DNA of 64,000 nt. It comes from a bacterium. GTDB lineage: Bacteria > Patescibacteriota > Minisyncoccia > Phycocordibacterales > UBA5272. A program made the position numbers and the translations under genes. The notes beneath the pieces are model-generated. The model saw only the letters and a list, made by a program, of their open reading frames with translations. It ran no database searches and had not been told where the DNA came from. The DNA lies in the NCBI GenBank assembly GCA_027482685.1, contig JAIXVU010000008.1, forward strand, positions 68,652-132,651, read 5' to 3'. Positions 37,952 to 48,461 of this stretch are shown one piece after another. Every line of letters begins with the position of its first letter. The stretch's first letter is position 1.

Positions 37952-38019
37952 CGGGTGGGAACGATCCACCGACCTTGGGCTTATGAGTCCCACGCTCTAA
38001 CCAACTGAGCTACGCCGAC
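37946..38019 (-). tRNA. tRNA with a CAT anticodon (elongator Met or Ile2-lysidine type); unusual T-loop ATCGTTC
   Basis: Reverse complement GTCGGCGTAGCTCAGTTGGTTAGAGCGTGGGACTCATAAGCCCAAGGTCGGTGGATCGTTCCCACCCGCCGAC. Perfect 7-bp acceptor stem. Loop CTCATAA. Confidence 0.7.
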
Positions 38020-38342
38020 ATATGTATTGATTGTAACCATGCTCATAAGCTCATTAATCAATTGCGCTTATGGTTCCATGTCTCATAACAGCCGAGCTAT
38101 GCGACATACATTACTTGTTAAGTTTGTTTGCACATTTCTAACAATGTAGTACATATACTACTATAAAAAATATACTTTTTCAATATGTACTCTTGTAAAA
38201 AAACAATACTTGTGGTACTATGTTTTAACTTAGGGTAAGTATAGCTTACGCTAAACAAATGCATAAAAGAAGAATGCAGAGGTAACTCACAAGAGACAAA
38301 TAGCTCTCATAACCTCCGAGGTTATTGATACTCGTTAAAATA

Positions 38343-38413
38343 ATCAAGATAGTAAATATATAGCGGGGTAGAGTAGAGGTAACTCACGAGGCTCATAACC
38401 TCGGGACACAGGT
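38343..38413 (+). tRNA. tRNA with a CAT anticodon and initiator-like features: 1-72 mismatch (A-A), G2-C71/C3-G70/G4-C69, A11:U24, discriminator A
   Basis: AGCGGGGTAGAGTAGAGGTAACTCACGAGGCTCATAACCTCGGGACACAGGTTCGATTCCTGTCCCCGCAA. T-loop TTCGATT. Confidence 0.65.
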
Positions 38414-38463
38414 TCGATTCCTGTCCCCGCAACAAGAATAATAAATGACGTACTGCAATCAGT
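38414..38463. repeat. 18-bp perfect inverted repeat (CAAGAATAATAAATGACG / CGTCATTTATTATTCTTG) starting at the tRNA 3' end
   Basis: A perfect hairpin with a 14-nt loop, right after the 38343-38413 tRNA. Confidence 0.75.
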
Positions 38464-38579
38464 GCGTCATTTATTATTCTTGTTCGCATTAGAAGCATGT
38501 GACCTGCGTCACATGCGGCAGGAATCGAATACGAGGTCGCGAGACTTTATCGAGGAGCTTGCGACGAGAAGTCTTGTGA

Positions 38580-38602
38580 CCGATTCTGTCCCCGCAACAA
38601 GT
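38580..38602 (+). repeat. direct repeat of the 3' end of the tRNA at 38343-38413 (GATTC-TGTCCCCGCAACAAG)
   Basis: ACCGATTCTGTCCCCGCAACAAG against the tRNA's TCGATTCCTGTCCCCGCAACAAG. A 5'-half fragment, AGAGGTAACTCAC...CTCATAACCTCCGAGG, also lies upstream at 38275-38330. Confidence 0.6.
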
Positions 38603-38605
38603 AAA

Positions 38606-38643
38606 AGAAAAGCGACATCTTCAGGTGTCGCTTTTCTTTTACT
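38606..38643. terminator. bidirectional terminator AGCGACA-tcttcagg-TGTCGCT + TTTTCTTTT
   Basis: A perfect 7-bp stem with a T-run. Confidence 0.6.
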
Positions 38644-40054
38644 TAATCGCCTTCAATTCTCTAAACACCGACTCAAAAAGAGTAAATGCTCTCTTGGCTT
38701 CTCTGTCTGTTAATACAAAATCAGAACCTTCATGAGCAACTCTATTACGAATTTTATGCGCATCCCATGCGAGGTCAATAGTCTTGAAACTTGCGCCCTT
38801 TAATTTTTCACCTACACCCTCACCTTGATAGCCTTTTTTATCAAGTACTTCAAGTAACATATTATCAGCTTCCATAATACCAATCCTCCATAGCGCCTCG
38901 CTATCACTACTCATGTACCCTTGAATGATTGCAAAGCGTGGATGGTCGTTAAAGTCTTCCACAGTCGGCGGGGCAGCAGGCGCATCATCAAACACCGGTA
39001 GATTAGCAATACCTGCTGGATAGGTATCTACTTGCTCATCTTTCTTGCTGCTTGTATCTTGTACAACATGGTATCCACCATGCGAAGTTGCACCATGTCC
39101 ATCATGCCCGCCATGTCCATGTGAGAAGTGCTCTTCATAATCATTAAGAGCGCTATCAAATGTAAAATACCATTTAAGAACTGTGTACACAAGAAATACA
39201 ATTCCAACTAACGCAACGATTGACAGTAGATCAGCAAAGAGTGCAAGCACAGGGTTCTGTATAGAAAAATGCAGCCCAGTTTTCTCAAAATCAAACGGCG
39301 CAATCTGACCAATATTCTCAGCATCAAGTGGATAGGAATCAAACCCGTCAGGTATCCCATCACCATCTGAGTCTTTATTATTTATATCTGTCCCCATATA
39401 ACTCTCTGCTCTATCGCTTACTCCATCACCATCTATATCAACCGTAAGAGCGGATATTGTAGGATCAAGTGGCGCTTCATCACGCCCATCTATCACTCCA
39501 TCACTATCTGTATCATTATTAAGCGGATTAGTCCCCTCCGCGAGCTCACGTCCATCAAGCGAGCCATCTCTGTCACTATCGGGATTGTTTGGATCCATAC
39601 CGTGTGTAAGTTCATAGCTATCTGGAACACCATCTTTATCTGTATCTTTTGGACCAAATCCGAAAAAATCTCGCACTTTATCCCATATTGTATAATCTGC
39701 CTCATAACGCTCTTTTAATTCTGCGCTAGTTAAATTCTGAGAATCATTCGGACTATCATCTGATACATCTGGTATGCCATCGCCATCACTATCAGGAAAT
39801 GTATATCCAAAAGCCTGCAAAATCTTCTGCCATAATGTAAGTTGTATATCAGCAGGCGGAACTACAGCGTCTTTTGCAGCAAAGTATTCATTAAACCATC
39901 CGCGATCACGAAGACCATCCCATGTACTATCTTTGCGTGCCTCTATGTATTCTTCTGGGCTAGTTCTCCAAATAACAAACAACCAAAAATACTTTATCCA
40001 AAGTAGTACATCATACACGCGGTTGAAAATATAATCAATGGATAGAGAATACAT
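38639..40054 (-). CDS. membrane protein with six thrombospondin-type-3-like Ca-binding Asp repeats (DxDxDGxxD), a central TM helix, a His/Gly-rich segment and a C-terminal soluble domain
   Basis: DSDGDGIPD, DTDKDGVPD, DSDRDGSLD, DTDSDGVID, DIDGDGVSD, DSDGDGIPD. TM helix LLSIVALVGIVFLVYTVL. HFSHGHGGHDGHGATSHGGYH. Confidence 0.55.
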   Translation of the reverse strand: MYSLSIDYIFNRVYDVLLWIKYFWLFVIWRTSPEEYIEARKDSTWDGLRDRGWFNEYFAAKDAVVPPADIQLTLWQKILQAFGYTFPDSDGDGIPDVSDDSPNDSQNLTSAELKERYEADYTIWDKVRDFFGFGPKDTDKDGVPDSYELTHGMDPNNPDSDRDGSLDGRELAEGTNPLNNDTDSDGVIDGRDEAPLDPTISALTVDIDGDGVSDRAESYMGTDINNKDSDGDGIPDGFDSYPLDAENIGQIAPFDFEKTGLHFSIQNPVLALFADLLSIVALVGIVFLVYTVLKWYFTFDSALNDYEEHFSHGHGGHDGHGATSHGGYHVVQDTSSKKDEQVDTYPAGIANLPVFDDAPAAPPTVEDFNDHPRFAIIQGYMSSDSEALWRIGIMEADNMLLEVLDKKGYQGEGVGEKLKGASFKTIDLAWDAHKIRNRVAHEGSDFVLTDREAKRAFTLFESVFRELKAIK

Positions 40055-40139
40055 ACACTAGTTGGTAGTCAATAGTTATTAGTTAATAGTACCATAAAAA
40101 ACCTTCGGTTTTTTGTGTATTAAGTTTATTAACCGCTAA

Positions 40140-41552
<1,413 letters not shown>

Positions 41553-41587
41553 TGTATTTGTGTATTTCTAGTCCCTACTTCTAGCCC

Positions 41588-41872
41588 CTACTTAAGTACT
41601 TGCATTACTTCCACATATCCATCCTGTGTTGCTGGAGCGTTCGCTAATATCGCATCAGTCTTCTCGCCGGTTCCATTGGTAACAATATCCTCACGTACGA
41701 CATTATATGTTGTGTGGTCAGCTGTTGTAGCATCGCCTGTAACGTCATTTATCTCAGACACATAACCAAGTATCGCCTGCATATCAGCAAGCATTTTGTC
41801 TTTCTCTTCTGGAGCGATATTGATACGCGCAAGCGTTGAAAGGTTATCTAAATCAGAGATGGTTAATTGCAT
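41588..41872 (-). CDS. gatC: amidotransferase subunit C
   Basis: 94 aa; LARINIAPEEKDKMLADMQAILGYV is typical of GatC. Immediately upstream of gatA. Confidence 0.8.
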   Translation of the reverse strand: MQLTISDLDNLSTLARINIAPEEKDKMLADMQAILGYVSEINDVTGDATTADHTTYNVVREDIVTNGTGEKTDAILANAPATQDGYVEVMQVLK

Positions 41873-41882
41873 AATATGTAGA

Positions 41883-43895
41883 TTATATCATATCCTTGAG
41901 ACCTTCTTCAGATAGTATTGTTACCCCTAATTTTTGAGCATCAGATAGTTTACTTCCTGCGCTTTCACCAGCTAAGAGATAGTTTGTTTTGGCAGATACA
42001 CTACTTGATACTTTACCACCGTGCTTTTCTATCAATTCCTTCGCCTCATCACGAGAAAGTGTTGGAAGAGTACCGGTGATTACAAATGTAAGACCAGAAA
42101 GTTTACTACTGCCAACTTTTTGTTCGTGGATTATTGTTACTTCTTTGAGTAGCCTGTCTACGAGGTTAGCGTTTTTTGCGTTAGCAAAAAACGCTACGAG
42201 CTCAGCACCAACTTTATCTCCAACACCATCAACCGAAGTAAGCTCTTCAAATGTCGCCGTGCGAATCTTTTGTATGTCGCCAAAATGTTTCGCAATATCC
42301 TTCGCAGTCTGCTCACCAACATGACGAATACCGAGCGAGTAGAGGAAGCGGTTAAGTGGTACTGTGCGTGATGCATTGATGGACGTGATGATATTATCTG
42401 CAGACTTTTCTCCGAAGCCTTCAAGCCCATCAATATCAGATTTTTTAAGATGATAAATAGACACAACATCACTTATAAGACCGATATCATGGAATGTTTC
42501 TATAATCTTTTCTCCAAGCCCTTCTATATTCATCCCTTTCTTGCTTACAAAATGTATTAACCCTTCAATATGCTGTGCGGGACATTCACTATTACGACAA
42601 TATAACGCTGCAGATAACTCCTTGCCGATAGAAACTCGTGATAATTCTGTAGCACACGATGGGCAATGTGTCGGCATAGTGAACTTCTTAGCAGTCTTTG
42701 ATCGCAGTTCTTTTACAACATCAAATATTTCTGGGATAACATCCCCTGCTTTCCGCAACATAACAGTATCACCTACTCGCACATCTAACCTTTCTATCTC
42801 ATCAGCGTTATGCAGTGTTGCTCGTGCCACCGTTGATCCTGCAAGAAGTACTGGGGTAAGCTCCGCAACTGGAGTAATAGCTCCTGTGCGACCAACTTGA
42901 ACTGTTACTGCAACTAACTTTGTAGTTACTTCTTCTGCAGGAAACTTATATGCAATACCCCCGCGTGGTGACTTTGCTGTGTACCCAAGGACATCCCACA
43001 GATTTCGCTCGTTGATTTTTATGACTAATCCATCAATACCATAATCTTGTTCACTACGCTTGTCTATCCATGTATCATAAAATTGCTGAACATCTTTTAG
43101 AGTCTTACATACTTTTCTATCTGGATTTACAAGGAAACCAAACTTCTCTAGGGCATTTAATTCTTCTTCTTGCGTTGTAAAGGCTCCCCCTTCAATATCA
43201 TACGAGTATATCTGAATATTACGCCGTGCGACGACTTTTGGATCAAGTTGACGTAGTGTACCAGCAGCTAGATTGCGTGTATTAGCGTAGAGAGGCAACT
43301 CTTCCTTTGCACGTTCGTTGTTGATTATATCTAAATCTTTTTTCTTTATCCATGCTTCACCGATGACAGTAATGGTAAGAGGTTGAGGTAAAACAAGCGG
43401 GATAGATTTTACTGTACGAATATTCTCTGTAATATCTTCACCCACCTCACCATTACCTCGTGTTGCAGCACGCGTAAGTACTCCATCAACATAGGTCATG
43501 ATAACTTTTAGTCCATCTATCTTCATTTCTGCAACATAGGATGGTTTTTCCGTTATACCGTTTTTAATCAGTAGTGTAATATTACGGTCTTCCCACTCTG
43601 TTAACTCATCAAATGAAAATACATTATCAAAACTCCACTGCTTGATATCATGGGTAACTTTTTGGAATGCATCTATTGGGTCTCCTCCTACACGCTTTGT
43701 AGGTGAGACTTGTGAGTCATACTCTGGGTATGCTTGTTCAAGCTCTGCGAGCTCTTTCATTAAACTATCATACACAGTATCAGATACTTCTGGGGTATCA
43801 TAAACATGATACAAGATACGATGACCCTCAAGCAGTTTACGCAAATCTACTATTCTTTGATGTACACGCTTGGGGGTATTGCTATCAGCCTTCAT
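41883..43895 (-). CDS. ligA: NAD-dependent DNA ligase
   Basis: Adenylation motif AEMKIDGLKV. Zn-finger CPSCATEL...CRNSECPAQ. HhH repeats. C-terminal BRCT. Confidence 0.92.
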   Translation of the reverse strand: MKADSNTPKRVHQRIVDLRKLLEGHRILYHVYDTPEVSDTVYDSLMKELAELEQAYPEYDSQVSPTKRVGGDPIDAFQKVTHDIKQWSFDNVFSFDELTEWEDRNITLLIKNGITEKPSYVAEMKIDGLKVIMTYVDGVLTRAATRGNGEVGEDITENIRTVKSIPLVLPQPLTITVIGEAWIKKKDLDIINNERAKEELPLYANTRNLAAGTLRQLDPKVVARRNIQIYSYDIEGGAFTTQEEELNALEKFGFLVNPDRKVCKTLKDVQQFYDTWIDKRSEQDYGIDGLVIKINERNLWDVLGYTAKSPRGGIAYKFPAEEVTTKLVAVTVQVGRTGAITPVAELTPVLLAGSTVARATLHNADEIERLDVRVGDTVMLRKAGDVIPEIFDVVKELRSKTAKKFTMPTHCPSCATELSRVSIGKELSAALYCRNSECPAQHIEGLIHFVSKKGMNIEGLGEKIIETFHDIGLISDVVSIYHLKKSDIDGLEGFGEKSADNIITSINASRTVPLNRFLYSLGIRHVGEQTAKDIAKHFGDIQKIRTATFEELTSVDGVGDKVGAELVAFFANAKNANLVDRLLKEVTIIHEQKVGSSKLSGLTFVITGTLPTLSRDEAKELIEKHGGKVSSSVSAKTNYLLAGESAGSKLSDAQKLGVTILSEEGLKDMI

Positions 43896-43945
43896 ATACA
43901 GGCTAGTATACTATATAGAAAAATCTTGTTCTGTATAGCGTATTT

Positions 43946-44638
43946 TTATTGTATTTCTGTTGTATTAACTACTGCACGTTCTACACTTTGCTTCAAATTT
44001 TGCTGACATGTGGCAAAACCACGAGAAATTATCTGACGGTAGTTTGCGGTTTTATTAACCGTAACTCTTGCACAACGGTAATTACCATCGCCTATCGCCA
44101 TTCGCATGGTAAATGATGTTGTATAGCCATTTTCTGTTACACCTTGTGAATTTAGTCTAGAAAATGCAGTGAACGTGGTGTTTGAGGTATCGGGGTCTAT
44201 GTCAAATATTGGTGAGGTGGCACACTTAAGATCGGTTAAAGTAAGCGTAGAAAGATTCCTCACTTGGCGGGCTAAATTAACCTGTTCTAACGTATTTGCG
44301 ATAGCAGTTGTTGGTTCAACAAGCGGGTCATGCGGGAAAATACCGTATCCAGTATCTGGATCGTAATACTTGTCATCAATCATTACAGTACATGCAACAC
44401 CATTATCTGCAGAATAATACGCAATCTGACTAAGTTTTGATAATTTTGAAAAATATAACTGCTTAGAAAGTATCACGGTAATACCGGAAGAAATAAGAAG
44501 CACGATAGTACAAATTAGCATTGTAAGTGGCAGAATAAAACCTTTTGAGACATGATAGTCCCTAGAGATATACTTTGTGATATTGGTAATAGATGATCTA
44601 GTCATAGGTATATTATGAGCGTGAGTGTAGGAAGTCAA
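43946..44638 (-). CDS. minor pilin/pseudopilin-like protein (hydrophobic N-terminal helix without Glu5)
   Basis: SKGFILPLTMLICTIVLLISSG. Position in the pilin operon. Confidence 0.45.
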   Translation of the reverse strand: MTSYTHAHNIPMTRSSITNITKYISRDYHVSKGFILPLTMLICTIVLLISSGITVILSKQLYFSKLSKLSQIAYYSADNGVACTVMIDDKYYDPDTGYGIFPHDPLVEPTTAIANTLEQVNLARQVRNLSTLTLTDLKCATSPIFDIDPDTSNTTFTAFSRLNSQGVTENGYTTSFTMRMAIGDGNYRCARVTVNKTANYRQIISRGFATCQQNLKQSVERAVVNTTEIQ

Positions 44639-45311
44639 CGAATTTTATTTCTCGTGAGAAGCCGCTTGGTCTACGAAATGTAACTGTTGATATGACGCGG
44701 AGATCGTCATTATAGTCAGCATCAGGTCCACTAAACGTTTGCAGTGATTGTATCTGTATACTTCTTGTGAATCGTCTATCTCCAGTACCTCCAATATCAC
44801 GTACACCAGCACATACATAGAGCGAGTCTGCTTCTCGCAATGAAAGATTGCCACAAAATGTAGCGTTACTTAGATATTTAATTGGCGGCTGATCAATATC
44901 ACTAGACATGTCAAGAAAATCATATGAACAGCCAGACGGATTATCGCTTACATAACATGACACACCTCCATTAGTAAAACTGAGCCGTTCGCGAAATAAT
45001 CGCCACGCTGCCTCACTTGGCGTTTCTGCATTTTGAAGCACGCAGTCTGTTCCAGACTCCTGCGTACATCTAATATATAGCGAGTCTTGTTGTTGGCGCA
45101 ATAACTCAACAGCTTCTTCAGCAAGATACGTCGCTATCATTGAATCTTTGGTAAGTCTTGCATATGATGTAGCATCAAGAGCAACAGTCAGTGGACCTAG
45201 TACAACAGATGTAATAACAAATGCACTCACAAGAGCTTCTATGAGAGTAAATCCTTTTAATGGCACGCATGTTGTTTTTTTCAGAAAAGCGAACTTCATA
45301 AAAATATACAT
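44613..45311 (-). CDS. type IV pseudopilin (prepilin-type N-terminal cleavage/methylation domain)
   Basis: LKG|FTLIEALVSAFVI. Confidence 0.65.
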   Translation of the reverse strand: MYIFMKFAFLKKTTCVPLKGFTLIEALVSAFVITSVVLGPLTVALDATSYARLTKDSMIATYLAEEAVELLRQQQDSLYIRCTQESGTDCVLQNAETPSEAAWRLFRERLSFTNGGVSCYVSDNPSGCSYDFLDMSSDIDQPPIKYLSNATFCGNLSLREADSLYVCAGVRDIGGTGDRRFTRSIQIQSLQTFSGPDADYNDDLRVISTVTFRRPSGFSREIKFVDFLHSRS

Positions 45312-46018
45312 TAATTATCTATTCCTCTAGGTACAGCCGATGCCTGCAAATTGAACTTTACTGGGTCTCTAGTTGGTTTAGTAGGAATTGTTATTCCTGC
45401 TATTGTAAATGTGATGATTGGTTGATCGAGATCGCTAACACTCAAAACATCTATTGCTCCAGTTGTAGAATTTGCCCCAGATACATAAAATACAAGGGTT
45501 TGTATATTTACATCAGTTGGTGTTATCTGATAACGTCTAGAAGGTGCGCCAAATGGAAATTCTTCTTTATATATTACTCCAATCGTCTGACCATTTATTG
45601 TAGCTTCATCAATATGATACATAACTCTATCTTGTGTTGCATCAGTTGACCCTACTAAAGGACTACCTGGTCTAAAAACAAGTGCAGTAGCACCATCTGG
45701 GAAAGCACAACTACGACGTGATGATGTTGCTAGGATTGGTTGACTTTCACAATGAAAATCAGTTCCGTAACGCATATCACGGCCCATAACTTCAGTAGCT
45801 AGATTAACCCCATCAAGAATTATCTGTGTTTCTTGAATTTTTGTATTAATGGCTTGAGCAGAAAACAATGCACCAACTGCAATGATAAGCACAGAGCTAA
45901 AAATAGAACTAGCCACAAGTAGTTCAACAAGTGTAAACCCTCGCACAGATGTGCGGGTACATGTTTGGAATCGTAGATTGCGTAGTAGTGTTTGCATATA
46001 CTTATAATTGCGCATCAC
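45311..46018 (-). CDS. type IV pseudopilin
   Basis: VRG|FTLVELLVASSIF. Confidence 0.65.
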   Translation of the reverse strand: MMRNYKYMQTLLRNLRFQTCTRTSVRGFTLVELLVASSIFSSVLIIAVGALFSAQAINTKIQETQIILDGVNLATEVMGRDMRYGTDFHCESQPILATSSRRSCAFPDGATALVFRPGSPLVGSTDATQDRVMYHIDEATINGQTIGVIYKEEFPFGAPSRRYQITPTDVNIQTLVFYVSGANSTTGAIDVLSVSDLDQPIITFTIAGITIPTKPTRDPVKFNLQASAVPRGIDN

Positions 46019-46733
46019 ATCCGGTAGCTGATGATCGTATCATGCCAGAACTAAACACCTGAACAGATCGAACATGACCTGCAACAAGTATACCATTCTG
46101 AATTGCTTTATTTGAACGCATCTCTATACACGCCCCCATAACTCTGGTGGTGGTATTATTAAGATAAATAGAAGGAAGTGGGCTAGGTCTGGTGAAAGAA
46201 ATTGTGAGTGATGTTACTTGGGGGGTGTTGTTTGCTCCACAACTGAATGGGTATGATGTACCTACACATATCTTTGATATAAATGAAGTTGAAGATGTAG
46301 CAAATATTGTAACAGTCTGAGCCTCATTAAATGGAGTGGTTGCGGAGTATAGCCCATCACCTATAGGTAGTCCGTTTGAAGTCCCGGCAGAAGCATCTAC
46401 AGTATCTCCAAAAAGAATTACTCTCCGTGGGGTAGAAGCGTCAAAATACACTCCATACCCCCCAAGAGAGTTATTGACAGAGTCTACTGCACTACCACGT
46501 ATCTGAGCTTCTCTAAGTGCTAGTGCGATAGTTTGATTATTGTTAGCGAGATTAAGCCTGACTGATGTTTCTGGATATCGATATATGAGTGTTGTCGATA
46601 TTACCGTCATAACCGAAAGAGATACCAAGAGTTCTAGCAAGGTAAATCCTTTATATCTCGGTAAAAAGAAAATGTTAGATTTTCCTTTTTGATTATTGTC
46701 TTTGTGTTTGATAATGAACTCTAAGATTTTCAT
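46002..46733 (-). CDS. type IV pseudopilin
   Basis: YKG|FTLLELLVSLSVM. Confidence 0.65.
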   Translation of the reverse strand: MKILEFIIKHKDNNQKGKSNIFFLPRYKGFTLLELLVSLSVMTVISTTLIYRYPETSVRLNLANNNQTIALALREAQIRGSAVDSVNNSLGGYGVYFDASTPRRVILFGDTVDASAGTSNGLPIGDGLYSATTPFNEAQTVTIFATSSTSFISKICVGTSYPFSCGANNTPQVTSLTISFTRPSPLPSIYLNNTTTRVMGACIEMRSNKAIQNGILVAGHVRSVQVFSSGMIRSSATGCDAQL

Positions 46734-46736
46734 TCC

Positions 46737-47579
46737 TTAATAGTACCACCTAGAAAGTAGGTTTGCGATGGAGAAGATATCTATATCTGTGAACAGTACG
46801 ATTAGAAAAGCAATAACAATAAAAGGTACAAATGGTATTGCTTTAGACACAAACGCAACATGGTTGGTTTTCGTTTTGTATTGCTTATCCAGAATATATA
46901 AGATTACCCCGACAATTGCTCCAAGCCAAACTGATATCATTAGTACTGCCATACTTTGCTCTATACCAAAAAATGCGCCGACACCGAAAAAAAGAATCAC
47001 ATCTCCAAAACCAACACCTCTTCCACGAGTAATGATAAAAAGTGTTAGAAACGGCAACGCGGCTACGACAGGGCTAAGCAGGAAGAGACTCTTTGATTCA
47101 TCTGGGGTCATTCCAAGATAACGATAACAAAACATTGCGAGTGTTAGTCCAATAAACGCTAACAAAAAGCGAGCTGGTATGAACGAATGCCTTTTGTCAT
47201 ACAGTGCTATAACCCCAAGAACTATAAACAGTATTGTGTAGTATAGTCCGTATCCGATTTTATGCGTTATGTCGATTTGACTTGCGATAATAGTTCCATA
47301 CAGAATTACAAAAACTGTTCCATAGAATATTTCTACAAGCAAACTTTCCACTCCATATACAGATTTACAGTACCTACACTTACCTTTAAGCCAAAGATAC
47401 GAAATAATAGGAATAAGGTCAGAAACGCGAAGTGCCTCTCCGCAGGAGAGGCACTTACTACGACTTTTAATGATAGGAGCAACGTACAAACGTGATACTA
47501 CTACCTGTACGAAACTTCCTATTGCTGCACCGAAGATAAATGATACAAGATACGCCACGATGAACGGTATACTATACAA
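46737..47579 (-). CDS. pilD: prepilin peptidase (A24 family)
   Basis: N-terminal CxxC...CxxC zinc module (CLSCGE...CRYCKS), polytopic membrane body, ~280 aa. Confidence 0.85.
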   Translation of the reverse strand: MYSIPFIVAYLVSFIFGAAIGSFVQVVVSRLYVAPIIKSRSKCLSCGEALRVSDLIPIISYLWLKGKCRYCKSVYGVESLLVEIFYGTVFVILYGTIIASQIDITHKIGYGLYYTILFIVLGVIALYDKRHSFIPARFLLAFIGLTLAMFCYRYLGMTPDESKSLFLLSPVVAALPFLTLFIITRGRGVGFGDVILFFGVGAFFGIEQSMAVLMISVWLGAIVGVILYILDKQYKTKTNHVAFVSKAIPFVPFIVIAFLIVLFTDIDIFSIANLLSRWYY

Positions 47580-47594
47580 CTAGTGGAACAATTA

Positions 47595-48275
47595 CTACTG
47601 TTGAGCAGATACATCAAAGACACAATCAGTTGTCGCATTACATCTAGCAATGTCACCGTCAGAACCATCGTAGTCGTCATCGCTACCCGCAGTTGGAGAC
47701 GCACCAGAACCAGGGTTGGTAACTGGAGGCATCATACCTAATTGGTAATTAAGTGATCCTGTTGTTGTACTATATGAAGATAGAATTGTTGTACCTACTG
47801 CTGGGTAAAATGCACACGTACTTGTTCCAAGAATTGTTTCAAATGTTGCTGTGTTACCCGCCCCTAGACAATCACGATCGTTATCTAGACCTTGTGAATA
47901 TGTTTCAAGGTGAACCCCTAGGTGATAACCGAATGTTACAGGGTTTCCAATGTTTGCTCCTGATACTGTAAACGCAGTGTATCCGAACTTATCACGATTA
48001 GATATTGTTGTAAGTGTTGATGACGCAAATGATGGTAGAAGTGGTATAAATGTAGGACTAAGAGGAGCGAGTGAATAAGGATACTGTCCAGCGTTAGCCT
48101 CAGCGTACTGATCAAGCGCGAGCTGTACGGATTTAATTTCTGCTATCTTTTTCGCATCGCGAGCTTTCTTGCGCGCATTCTGAATTGGAGCAGCGATAAT
48201 TGTTGAGAGAAGTCCGATGATTGCAATAACCACGAGGAGCTCAATGAGCGTAAATCCTCGGAAACCTTTTTTCAT
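47595..48275 (-). CDS. pilA: type IV major pilin-like protein. The ORF extends to 48290.
   Basis: Classic leader MKKGFRG|FTLIELLVVIAIIGLL. Confidence 0.75.
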   Translation of the reverse strand: MKKGFRGFTLIELLVVIAIIGLLSTIIAAPIQNARKKARDAKKIAEIKSVQLALDQYAEANAGQYPYSLAPLSPTFIPLLPSFASSTLTTISNRDKFGYTAFTVSGANIGNPVTFGYHLGVHLETYSQGLDNDRDCLGAGNTATFETILGTSTCAFYPAVGTTILSSYSTTTGSLNYQLGMMPPVTNPGSGASPTAGSDDDYDGSDGDIARCNATTDCVFDVSAQQ

Positions 48276-48461
48276 AAAAGTGTGTATCATATATATTATT
48301 TATCTTTGTAGATACTTTTAGTATATTCCCCTTCCACGAAAGCACAAGTGACTAATCCCGTAGTCTGTGGATAAATGGAATTCTGGTAGTAGGCAGTACG
48401 AAGAAAGCAGTCAGGATGTACAGAAAATAAAGCACTACGATACCACTAACTACTCTAAGCT

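Noticed and set aside
38462-38713. 83-aa ORF spanning the tRNA-end repeat and terminator
   Set aside because: It runs through a tRNA 3'-end copy and a terminator hairpin, so it is almost certainly non-coding.
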